Assembly: GCA_011390565.1 (NCBI GenBank)
Contig: JAABSC010000010.1
Span: forward strand, 3,107-67,106
Reading direction: 5' to 3'
Source: Thioalkalivibrio paradoxus
Lineage (GTDB): Bacteria > Pseudomonadota > Gammaproteobacteria > Ectothiorhodospirales > Ectothiorhodospiraceae
Length of the DNA stretch: 64,000 nt
The position numbers and the translations under genes were made by a program. Numbering within the stretch: position 1 is the first letter of the stretch; every line of letters begins with the position of its first letter. Positions 33,071 through 43,698 of this stretch are shown here, in pieces. The notes beneath the pieces are model-generated. The model did not search any database. It was given only the letters and a program-made list of their open reading frames with translations, and was not told where the DNA came from.

Positions 33071-35119
33071 TCAGTGGGTCTCGTGCCGCTCGTGGTAGCT
33101 GCGAACGAGGTGGGTCTGTACATCGGGTGGCGCGGGTTCATAGTCGGCGGCGCTGACCACGAATTCGCTGTCGCCGGCGCAGATGGATTTCAGGCGGGCC
33201 TCGAAGCCATCCATCTCGGCCAGCGGCACCAGGGCATGGATTTCCGTCCATCCCGGCGCGGGGCTGTCCGTGCCCGTGACCCGGCCCCGGCGGCCGGAGA
33301 ATTCGGCGCTGATCTGGCCGAAGTTGTCCTCGCTGGCCTTTACGCTGACCTGCACCAGCGGTTCAAGGACGACCGGGGCCGCTGCCCGAGCGGCTTCCAG
33401 CACGGCCTGCCTGGCGGCGGTCGAGAAGGAGATCTCGTTGGAATCCACTGCATGGTGCTTGCCGTCGAGCACGGTGACGCGCAGGTCCTGGATCGGGAAA
33501 CCCGCCAGCGCCCCGTCCTCCAGGGCCTGCAACACGCCCTTGTGCACGGCGGGCATGAAGTTGCCGGGAATCGTGCCGCCCTTGACTTCGTCGTGGAATT
33601 CGAACCCCGCACCCCGCGGCAGCGGATCGACCCGCAGCGCGACCTCGCCGAACTGACCGGAGCCGCCGCTCTGCTTCTTGTGCCGGTAGCGGCCCTCGGC
33701 GCCGCGAGTGACCGTTTCACGGTAGGGCACGGCCGGCTTGGAGGTATCCAGATGCAGGTTCCAGCGGCTTCCAAGCTCGTCAAGCAAAACCTTGAGGTGT
33801 TGCTCGCCGAGGCCGCGCACGACGGTCTGCCGGGTCTGGGGCTCGAAGCCGACTTCGAGACAGGGGTCCTCATCGAACATGCGCGCGAGCGCCTCTGAGA
33901 GCTTCTGTTCGTCCCCGTGCTTGCGCGCCACCATCGCCAGTCCGTAAACCGGCTTGGGAAAGGGCGGCGGCACGAGGTGAAAATAGTCCTCGTCGTGGGA
34001 GTCGTGCAGCACGGCGTCGCGGTGGAGTTCATCGACGCGCGCGACCGCGCAGATGTCGCCGGGCACACCGCGCGCCGTCTCGTTCTGCTGGCGTCCCTGC
34101 ATGCGGAACAGGTGCGTCACCTTGAACGGCTTGCGGGCGTCGCCGATCAACAACTGGGTGTTCGGTGTCACCGTGCCCTGGTGGATGCGGAACAGCGCGA
34201 TGCGTCCGCGGAAGGGATCGTTCTGAACCTGAAAGACGTGGGCGATCACGTGCTGGTCGGGGTCCGGCTGGACCGTCACCGGCTGGGCCTTCGAACCTTC
34301 ACCCTTCACGAAGTGCGGGGGGTTGCCCTCGGTTGGATCCGGCATCAGCCGACCGAGGATGTCGAGCAGTTCGCGGATGCCGGCTCCGGTGCGTGCGGAG
34401 ACGAAGCAGACCGGGATCAGATGACCTTCCCGCAGGGCCGCCTCGAACGGGTCGTGCAGCTGTTCGGGACTCAGCGACTGGCCCTGCTCGAGATACCGTT
34501 CCATCAGGGCTTCGTCGAGTTCGACCACCTGGTCGACGATGGCATCGTGTGCACTCTCGACGCTCGAGAACGCGGTGGAAACACCGGTGTCCGGTTCGAA
34601 GAAACAGTCCACGACCTGACCGCCGTCCGGGGTGGGCAGGTTGATGGGCAGACACTCCGGTCCGAAGCTGTCGGTGATGGATTGCATCAGCGCGGTCAGG
34701 TCCGGAGACTCGGCATCGATGCGATTGACCACGATCATGCGGCACTTGTCGGCCGCGGCCTCCATCGCCCGGCGGGTGACGGCCTCGATCCCGGCGCTGG
34801 CATTGATCACCACCGCTGCGGTTTCCACCGCCGGCAGGGAGAGCAGGGCCCGGCCGGTGAGGTCCGGAAGTCCCGGGGTGTCGAGCAGGTTGATCCAGTG
34901 ACCGGCCCATTCCAGGTGCGCGGGCGTGGTGTTGAGCGAGTGCCCCATCGACTTTTCGAGCGGATCCTGATCGCTCAGCGTGTCGCCGCGCTCGACCTGT
35001 CCCGGGTTTTTGATTTCGCCGGCGGCCGCGAGCAGGGCCTCGAGCAGGGTGGTCTTGCCGGAGCCGGCATGGCCCATCAGGGCAACGTTACGGATGTCCT
35101 TTACCGAAGAGGGTGTCAT
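33071..35119 (-). CDS. Elongation factor G-like protein (EF-G paralogue)
   Basis: GHAGSGKTT, DTPG, EDPCL, GLGEQHL, VPYRET, KKQSGGSGQFG, VLEPL. Confidence 0.92.
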   Translation of the reverse strand: MTPSSVKDIRNVALMGHAGSGKTTLLEALLAAAGEIKNPGQVERGDTLSDQDPLEKSMGHSLNTTPAHLEWAGHWINLLDTPGLPDLTGRALLSLPAVETAAVVINASAGIEAVTRRAMEAAADKCRMIVVNRIDAESPDLTALMQSITDSFGPECLPINLPTPDGGQVVDCFFEPDTGVSTAFSSVESAHDAIVDQVVELDEALMERYLEQGQSLSPEQLHDPFEAALREGHLIPVCFVSARTGAGIRELLDILGRLMPDPTEGNPPHFVKGEGSKAQPVTVQPDPDQHVIAHVFQVQNDPFRGRIALFRIHQGTVTPNTQLLIGDARKPFKVTHLFRMQGRQQNETARGVPGDICAVARVDELHRDAVLHDSHDEDYFHLVPPPFPKPVYGLAMVARKHGDEQKLSEALARMFDEDPCLEVGFEPQTRQTVVRGLGEQHLKVLLDELGSRWNLHLDTSKPAVPYRETVTRGAEGRYRHKKQSGGSGQFGEVALRVDPLPRGAGFEFHDEVKGGTIPGNFMPAVHKGVLQALEDGALAGFPIQDLRVTVLDGKHHAVDSNEISFSTAARQAVLEAARAAAPVVLEPLVQVSVKASEDNFGQISAEFSGRRGRVTGTDSPAPGWTEIHALVPLAEMDGFEARLKSICAGDSEFVVSAADYEPAPPDVQTHLVRSYHERHETH

Positions 35120-35220
35120 CAGATTGGTCCGAATGTGTCATTGAGTTGGTGCGGATGGACGGGCTTTTCGCGTCCTGCGTGCGACGAGGTCTCTCGCGTT
35201 CCCCGGCAGGACGGAAGCCG

Positions 35221-35385
35221 TCAGAAATAGCCGTCGAGGCGCAGATAGCCGATGAGGAACAACAGCGAGAGTACGCCAGCAATGATGTACAGCGTATTCG
35301 AGAGCCTGCGGTTGCCGGGCCGGCTGAAATAGGCGGCCCACAGCGCCAGAATGATCAGAACGACGAAGAAGAACAGAAACCGCAT
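35221..35385 (-). CDS. Small two-TM membrane protein (54 aa; below the ORF-track cut-off)
   Basis: MRFLFFFVVLIILALWAAYFSRPGNRRLSNTLYIIAGVLSLLFLIGYLRLDGYF*; ATG 5 nt after the ygfZ stop, GGGAG SD inside the ygfZ 3' end. Confidence 0.75.
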   Translation of the reverse strand: MRFLFFFVVLIILALWAAYFSRPGNRRLSNTLYIIAGVLSLLFLIGYLRLDGYF

Positions 35386-35390
35386 GGCGT

Positions 35391-36440
35391 TCAGGCTCCC
35401 TCGGGCACGGGATAGGGTAACGGGATCAGGTGGGCGACCGGTCCGTTGACGGCGCCCCAGCGCAGGGTGGAATCCGCCGCCGAGGTCTGCAGCACGGCAG
35501 TGGCGGCCCAGAGGGCGTCGGGGTGCAGCGTCGCATCGACGATCTCGCCATCAGGCTGGCCGGCATCGCCGCCTTCCCGAAAGACCGGGCTGCCCGGAAG
35601 AGGGCGTTCCTGTCCCTCGATGGCGAGCCGGAACATGCGGCGTTTCAATTTGCCGAGGTAGTGCATGCGCGCGACCACCTCCTGCCCCGGGTAACAGCCC
35701 TTGTTGAAGCTGATGCCGTTGAGCGCGTGCAGGTTGACCATTTGTGGAACGAAGGCTTCGCTGGTCTCGGGATAGATCACCGGTACCCCGGCGATGATGT
35801 CCAGCAAACGCCAACCCTCGGGCCCTACCGGCGCGCAGTGGACGTTGAAATCGTTCCATAGCGGGATGCAGGCATCGATCTCGCCGAAAATCTCGAAACG
35901 CGGATGGGTCATCGTGGGTACGCGGACAACCGATACGCCCCCGTGGGACATCACGTCGTTCACGGCCTCCGGGTAGCCCCCCAGCGCTTCCGTCAGGTGC
36001 CGCTCGGCGTTGGGTCCGGACACCCCGAACCGGATGCGCGAATCCTCGGCGTTCTCGATCAGCACCTGGGCGCGCAGGACGAACATGCTCAGGCGCTTGC
36101 GCACGACCTCCGCGCGCTCGGCAGTCGTGTCCAGCAGGTAGGCGTCCCGGTCCATCAGTACCCTGAAGACCGCGTAGGCGCGTCCTTTCGGATTGGCATA
36201 GCTGGAGAGCTGCGACTGCGTCGCCGAGACCTCGCGCACGTCGTTGCCCAGCTGTCCCTGGAGAAAGGATTGGGCGTCGTTTCCACGTATTTCCAGCAAT
36301 CCGCGGTGCGAAAGATCGCAGATCACGTCGCCGTTGACCGCCATGCTGCGTTCCCGGTCATCGTTCCCATAGTCCCGCAGATGGTCGCCCTCGAATTCGG
36401 CGCCGTGGTCGATCAGGTGTTTCTTCCAGTCTTCGCGCAT
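35391..36440 (-). CDS. ygfZ: Folate-binding Fe-S maturation / tRNA-modification protein YgfZ
   Basis: DAQSFLQGQL, FVPQMVNL, ISFNKGCYPGQEVVAR signature; start MREDW at 36440. Confidence 0.95.
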   Translation of the reverse strand: MREDWKKHLIDHGAEFEGDHLRDYGNDDRERSMAVNGDVICDLSHRGLLEIRGNDAQSFLQGQLGNDVREVSATQSQLSSYANPKGRAYAVFRVLMDRDAYLLDTTAERAEVVRKRLSMFVLRAQVLIENAEDSRIRFGVSGPNAERHLTEALGGYPEAVNDVMSHGGVSVVRVPTMTHPRFEIFGEIDACIPLWNDFNVHCAPVGPEGWRLLDIIAGVPVIYPETSEAFVPQMVNLHALNGISFNKGCYPGQEVVARMHYLGKLKRRMFRLAIEGQERPLPGSPVFREGGDAGQPDGEIVDATLHPDALWAATAVLQTSAADSTLRWGAVNGPVAHLIPLPYPVPEGA

Positions 36441-36555
36441 CACGTGCTCCCCTGCGGAGTGACTATACTGTGGAACCAGTTCGGCTCCATAGTAGACGAA
36501 CCTTTCAGCGGGTGTCAGATGGCCTCGGAACACCCATGATGATCAGGAGGAATGC

Positions 36556-36933
36556 ATGACCAGCGAGGTCCGCCCCGTCTTTCTCGACCTGCGCAGGATC
36601 CGCCTGCCCATCAATGCACTGGTCTCGATTCTGCATCGCGTGACGGGTGTTCTGTTGATCGTTTCGATCCCTCTGGTGCTGTGGTTGTTCGGGTTGTCCC
36701 TGTCCGGGCCGGACGGCTATGCGCAAGCCAGCACCGCACTGGGACACCCGCTGGGACGGGTGCTGCTGCTGGGCTGGTTCTGGCTGCTGATGCATCACTT
36801 CTTCGTGGGTATCCGCTTCCTGCTGCTCGAGATCGGAATCGGCGAAACGCGCCAGGGCTCGAGGGACACGGCGTGGGCGAGCCTGGCGGCGGGTGTCGTC
36901 TCTGCCGTGCTGCTCTGGGTGCTGTTCCTGTGA
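36556..36933 (+). CDS. sdhC: Succinate dehydrogenase cytochrome b556 subunit
   Basis: RPVFLDL, SILHRVTG, HHFFVGIRFL. Confidence 0.95.
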   Translation: MTSEVRPVFLDLRRIRLPINALVSILHRVTGVLLIVSIPLVLWLFGLSLSGPDGYAQASTALGHPLGRVLLLGWFWLLMHHFFVGIRFLLLEIGIGETRQGSRDTAWASLAAGVVSAVLLWVLFL

Positions 36934-37268
36934 GTCTCCTGAGCGGACAGCGCGCATGGCTGCTGCAACGGGTGACCGCGGTCTACGCGGGTCTTTATGT
37001 TTTTCTCGCGGTGGCCTGGCTGCTCGCGCGTCCCCCCGCCGATCACGCGGCGTGGCATGCGCTGGTCACCCAGCCCGTGGTGTGGCTCGCCACGGCCCTG
37101 TTCCTGCTGCTCCTGCTGCTGCACGCCTGGATCGGCCTGCGTGATGTGATCCTGGACTATCTGCGGCCGGCTTCGCTCCGGCTCCTGGTGCTGGTGCTCG
37201 CCGGCGGTGGCTTTCTTCTGCTGGCCCTCTGGGGCTTCTGGATCCTGATCGAGGCGGCACTGCAATGA
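36930..37268 (+). CDS. sdhD: Succinate dehydrogenase hydrophobic anchor subunit
   Basis: [23 protein letters not shown]; GTG overlaps the sdhC stop. Confidence 0.95.
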   Translation: MSLLSGQRAWLLQRVTAVYAGLYVFLAVAWLLARPPADHAAWHALVTQPVVWLATALFLLLLLLHAWIGLRDVILDYLRPASLRLLVLVLAGGGFLLLALWGFWILIEAALQ

Positions 37269-39028
37269 ACATCACGGTACGGAAATTCGACGCGCTGATC
37301 ATCGGGGCGGGCGGCGCCGGGCTGCGCGCGGCCCTGCAACTCTCGAACGCCGACGCCCGCGTGGCCGTGGTCTCCAAGGTGTTTCCGACCCGGTCGCATA
37401 CCGTGGCGGCGCAGGGCGGTGTGAACGCGGCCCTGGCCAACGTGCTGCCCGACTCCTGGCACTGGCACATGTTCGACACCATCAAGGGTTCGGATTATCT
37501 CGGCGACCAGGACGCGATCGAATACATGTGCCGGGCCGCGCCCAAGGTGGTCTACGAACTCGAGCATTTCGGCGTCCCGTTCTCGCGTCTCGACAACGGG
37601 ACGATCTACCAGCGTGCGTTCGGCGGCCAGAGCCAGAATTTCGGGCAGGACCAGGCCGCGCGCACCTGTGCCGCGGCGGACCGCACCGGGCACGCGATCC
37701 TGCACTCGCTGTACCAGCAGAACCTGCGCGCGCGCACCCACTTCTTCGACGAGTATTTCGCGGTCGACCTGATCAAGGACGACCAGGGATACGTGTTGGG
37801 CGTGGTGGCTTTCGAGATCCTCACCGGGAAGCCGATCGTGATCGAAGCCAAGACCACGCTCATCGCCACCGGCGGTGCCGGGCAGATCTTCCGCACCAAC
37901 ACGAACGCGCTGAGCAACACGGGCGACGGCATGGCGATGGCGCTGCGCGCCGGGGTTCCGCTCGAAGACATGGAGTTCGTGCAGTTCCACCCGACCGGCA
38001 TCGCCGGACGCGGCATGCTGATCACCGAGGGTGCACGCGGCGAGGGCGGGTTCCTGATCAACGGTGAAGGTGAACGCTTCATGGAGCGCTACGCTCCCAA
38101 GGTCAAGGATCTGGCCTCGCGCGACGTGGTCAGCCGGGCCATCGCGGTCGAGATCCGGGAGGGTCGCGGCTGCGGCAGGAACAAGGACCACGCGCTGCTC
38201 GACCTGCGCCACCTCGGCGCCGACACCATCATGAAGAAGCTTCCCGGAATCCGGGAGATGACGCTGACGTTCCTGGGGCTCGATCCGATCGAGCAGCCGA
38301 TCCCGGTATTTCCCACCTGTCACTACAGCATGGGCGGCATTCCCACGAACCGCGACGGGCAGGTGGTGGTCCCGGTGAAGGACACGCCGGAGGACCCCGT
38401 GCCGGGCCTGTACGCGGCGGGGGAGGCGGCTTGTGTGTCGGTGCACGGGGCCAACCGCCTGGGCGGAAATTCGCTGCTCGACATCCTGGTGTTCGGGCGT
38501 GCCGCGGCCAATCACATTCTCGAATACCTGGGGGAGAACCCGCATCACCGGGCCTTGCCCCAGGATTCGGTGGATCGGGCTTTGGAGCGGCTCGCACGCT
38601 GGGATCGCGAGGGCGAGGGCGAGGCGGTGGAGCCGCTGCGGCGCGAGCTGCGCAAGGTCATGGAGGATCACTGCGGCGTGTTCCGTACCGCCGAGGTCAT
38701 GCGCGAGGGGGTGGCCAAACTGCAGACCTTGCGCGAACGGATCGACCAGGCGGTGATCCGCGACCATACCCAGACCTTCAATACGGCGCGCGTCGAGGCG
38801 CTCGAGCTGGAGAATCTCTGGGACTGCGCCATCGCCACGATGCACTCGGCACTGGGTCGGGAAGAAAGTCGCGGAGCGCACAGTCGCGTGGATTTCACGG
38901 AGCGGGATGACGAACGCTGGCTGAAACATTCCCTGTATTCGCTGCAGGACGACGCGCTCGACTACAAGCCGGTGCGCACGCAACCGCTGACCGTCGAATC
39001 GTTCCCACCGAAGAAACGGGTGTACTGA
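37265..39028 (+). CDS. sdhA: Succinate dehydrogenase flavoprotein subunit
   Basis: [16 protein letters not shown] (covalent FAD His), [17 protein letters not shown]. Confidence 0.98.
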   Translation: MNITVRKFDALIIGAGGAGLRAALQLSNADARVAVVSKVFPTRSHTVAAQGGVNAALANVLPDSWHWHMFDTIKGSDYLGDQDAIEYMCRAAPKVVYELEHFGVPFSRLDNGTIYQRAFGGQSQNFGQDQAARTCAAADRTGHAILHSLYQQNLRARTHFFDEYFAVDLIKDDQGYVLGVVAFEILTGKPIVIEAKTTLIATGGAGQIFRTNTNALSNTGDGMAMALRAGVPLEDMEFVQFHPTGIAGRGMLITEGARGEGGFLINGEGERFMERYAPKVKDLASRDVVSRAIAVEIREGRGCGRNKDHALLDLRHLGADTIMKKLPGIREMTLTFLGLDPIEQPIPVFPTCHYSMGGIPTNRDGQVVVPVKDTPEDPVPGLYAAGEAACVSVHGANRLGGNSLLDILVFGRAAANHILEYLGENPHHRALPQDSVDRALERLARWDREGEGEAVEPLRRELRKVMEDHCGVFRTAEVMREGVAKLQTLRERIDQAVIRDHTQTFNTARVEALELENLWDCAIATMHSALGREESRGAHSRVDFTERDDERWLKHSLYSLQDDALDYKPVRTQPLTVESFPPKKRVY

Positions 39029-39060
39029 TCGCTACCGGCTCGAGCTTGAGGACACGCTGC

Positions 39061-39762
39061 ATGGAATTCTCGATCTACCGATTCAACCCCGACACTGACC
39101 GCGAGCCGCGGATGCAGGCGTTCACCCTCGACGACGCGATGGTCGAACCCGGGATGATGCTGCTCGATGCCCTGATCCTGTTGAAGGAACAGGACGACAG
39201 CCTCGGATTCCGGCGTTCCTGTCAGCACGGCGTCTGCGGCAGCGATGGCATGAACATCAATGGCAGCAACGGGCTGGCCTGCATTACCCCGCTGTCGAAA
39301 TTGAAGACGCCGATCGTGCTGCGCCCGTTTCCCGGCATGCCCGTGATCCGCGACCTGATCGTCGACATGGACAACTTCTACCGGCAATACCGGGAGGCCG
39401 AGCCCTGGCTGGTCAACGACACGCCGGAGCCCGAGGTCGAAAATCTGCAGAGTCCGGCGGATCGGGAACGGCTGGACGGCCTGTACGAGTGCATCCTGTG
39501 CGGCTGCTGTTCGGCCTCGTGCCCCTCGTACTGGTGGAACCCGGAACGCTTCCTCGGACCCGCCGCGCTGCTGCAGGCGGCGCGCTTCATCGAGGACAGC
39601 CGCGATCAGGACACGGAACGGCGCCTTGAGCGCCTGGACGATGCCTATCGCCTGTACCGCTGTCACAGCATCATGAACTGCACGCAGGTCTGTCCCAAGG
39701 GCCTCAATCCGGCGAAGGCGATCGGCGATATCCGCCGGACGATGATCAAGCGCTCGCTGTGA
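39061..39762 (+). CDS. sdhB: Succinate dehydrogenase iron-sulfur subunit
   Basis: RRSCQHGVCGSD, CILCGCCSASCP, CHSIMNCTQVCP. Confidence 0.98.
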   Translation: MEFSIYRFNPDTDREPRMQAFTLDDAMVEPGMMLLDALILLKEQDDSLGFRRSCQHGVCGSDGMNINGSNGLACITPLSKLKTPIVLRPFPGMPVIRDLIVDMDNFYRQYREAEPWLVNDTPEPEVENLQSPADRERLDGLYECILCGCCSASCPSYWWNPERFLGPAALLQAARFIEDSRDQDTERRLERLDDAYRLYRCHSIMNCTQVCPKGLNPAKAIGDIRRTMIKRSL

Positions 39763-40013
39763 AGCCGGACACGCAGACCCGCTGGCGCTGCCGGCGCGGC
39801 ATGCTGGAGAATGATCTCCTGCTGAAGGGATTTCTGGATCATGGATACGATCAACTCGACCAGGAGGGTCGCGATGCCTTCGAGCGCCTGCTCGGCTACC
39901 CGGACAACCTGCTGCTGGACCTCGTGCTGGAGCGCCAGTCGACGGTCGATGCGGGGATAGCCCGGGTTGTTCCCCTCATCCGCGCCGCCGTTGCGGCTGG
40001 CGCTGAAGACTGA
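39759..40013 (+). CDS. sdhE: Succinate dehydrogenase flavinylation factor SdhE
   Basis: RWRCRRGMLENDLLL (RGxxE motif), FERLLGYPDNLL. Confidence 0.93.
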   Translation: MKPDTQTRWRCRRGMLENDLLLKGFLDHGYDQLDQEGRDAFERLLGYPDNLLLDLVLERQSTVDAGIARVVPLIRAAVAAGAED

Positions 40014-40911
40014 CCGGATCCTGCCCGCGCTGGCGGTTGTGGCGCTCTGCGCAACGGTCTTCGCGGTAACCGTCGTTGTGCTGCGCTCCGGTTTCGTGCT
40101 TCCGGGCGCCATCGTGCCGCTTCTCGCCGTAGCCGCCGCGGGTTGGACCTGGAGCCGTCGGGCTCCCCACTGGGACTGGCTGGGCTGCGATCTCGAGGGG
40201 CGTTGGTGGCTCGCGACCCGCGAAGGCCTGCGTCACGAACAGCGTTTCGGGATTCGGGTGATGCCGGATACCCGCGTGAGTCTGCGATGGGTCGTGCTTG
40301 TGTGCCGGTTCGAGGACTCCGGCGCGCTGCAGGTGCTCTGGCTGCCCTGGTGGCGGATGGACCCACGGGATTTCCGGCGTCTGCGGGTCCGTCTGCGCTG
40401 GTCCCCGGAACACGAGCCCAAATCCGGGTGGGTCACGCGTCTTCGAGCCGCCATGAATTCCGGCATTGCTACACTGACGCGCTCAAACCACGTGGGAGTC
40501 CCCCGGATGCACAGCCCCCGGAACCTGCCTGAGGTCGAACACCTGTTGAGTGACGACCCGGATCATGTCTACACCGAGGACGAACTCGACGCCATCGAGG
40601 AGGTGGATCCCGAGCTGGCGTTGCGCCTCGATCGTGCCCAGACCTTCGCGCACCGAAAGGCGGAAGATCAGCCGGCCGAGGGGCCGATCGACGAGGATGC
40701 CGTGCGCCAGGCGGTCGAGGAGGCGCGCCGGATCCTGATGCAGGATGGTGGCGACATCGAATACGTGGGTCTGGAGGGCCGGACGGTACAGGTACGTCTC
40801 AAGGGTGCCTGCGTCGGCTGTCCGCGTTCGACCCTGGACCTGCGTAACGTGGTCGAGCGGCTCGTCCGCTCGCGCGCCCCGGGTGTGGAGCGCGTGGCGA
40901 ACACGTTCTGA
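39967..40911 (+). CDS. Single open frame: YgfX-like membrane protein followed in frame by a NifU/NfuA C-terminal-domain protein
   Basis: Two TM helices and DFRRLRVRLRW (YgfX-like), then DGGDIEYV...LKGACVGCP (NifU-C CxxC); no stop between them. Confidence 0.7.
   Translation: MFPSSAPPLRLALKTDRILPALAVVALCATVFAVTVVVLRSGFVLPGAIVPLLAVAAAGWTWSRRAPHWDWLGCDLEGRWWLATREGLRHEQRFGIRVMPDTRVSLRWVVLVCRFEDSGALQVLWLPWWRMDPRDFRRLRVRLRWSPEHEPKSGWVTRLRAAMNSGIATLTRSNHVGVPRMHSPRNLPEVEHLLSDDPDHVYTEDELDAIEEVDPELALRLDRAQTFAHRKAEDQPAEGPIDEDAVRQAVEEARRILMQDGGDIEYVGLEGRTVQVRLKGACVGCPRSTLDLRNVVERLVRSRAPGVERVANTF
40507..40911 (+). CDS. NifU/NfuA-like Fe-S carrier (probable independent start inside the ORF above)
   Basis: GGGAG SD at 40494-40498, ATG at 40507, acidic N-terminal extension, ACVGC motif. 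Confidence 0.75.
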   Translation: MHSPRNLPEVEHLLSDDPDHVYTEDELDAIEEVDPELALRLDRAQTFAHRKAEDQPAEGPIDEDAVRQAVEEARRILMQDGGDIEYVGLEGRTVQVRLKGACVGCPRSTLDLRNVVERLVRSRAPGVERVANTF

Positions 40912-40957
40912 ATTCCGATGCCAGCGTGTTCCCTGTCGGGACGGCGCGCCGGCGGCT

Positions 40958-43227
<2,270 letters not shown>

Positions 43228-43248
43228 ACCGCTGTTTCGGTCCGGCTC

Positions 43249-43572
43249 TCAGCGCTCCAGGTATTGCAGCTTGTCCGGCTTGCCATCCCATTCCTCGGCA
43301 TCCGGGGGCGGATCCTTGCGCGCAGTGATCACCGGCCAGCTGCGTGACAGCTCCGCGTTCAGTTCGATGAACACTTCCTGTCCTTCGGGCACGTCGTCTT
43401 CGGGCACGATGGCTTCGGCCGGACATTCCGGCTCACAAAGGGTGCAGTCGATGCATTCCTCGGGGTCGATCACCAGGAAGTTGGGGCCTTCGTGAAAACA
43501 GTCCACCGGGCAGACTTCGACGCAGTCGGTGTATTTGCACTTGATGCAGTTGTCCAGGACGACGTAGGTCAT
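43249..43572 (-). CDS. fdxA: 7Fe ferredoxin FdxA
   Basis: [41 protein letters not shown]. Confidence 0.97.
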   Translation of the reverse strand: MTYVVLDNCIKCKYTDCVEVCPVDCFHEGPNFLVIDPEECIDCTLCEPECPAEAIVPEDDVPEGQEVFIELNAELSRSWPVITARKDPPPDAEEWDGKPDKLQYLER

Positions 43573-43698
43573 GGGGTTCTCCGTTTCGGGTAACGAACGC
43601 TGAATAGAACGGCGAAATAGTAACCGCAGAGGCACGCAAGAGTGCGAACACCCGCGGACGTTGACGGAAAAGGCGTCCCCCGTCCCACGCGGGCGAGG

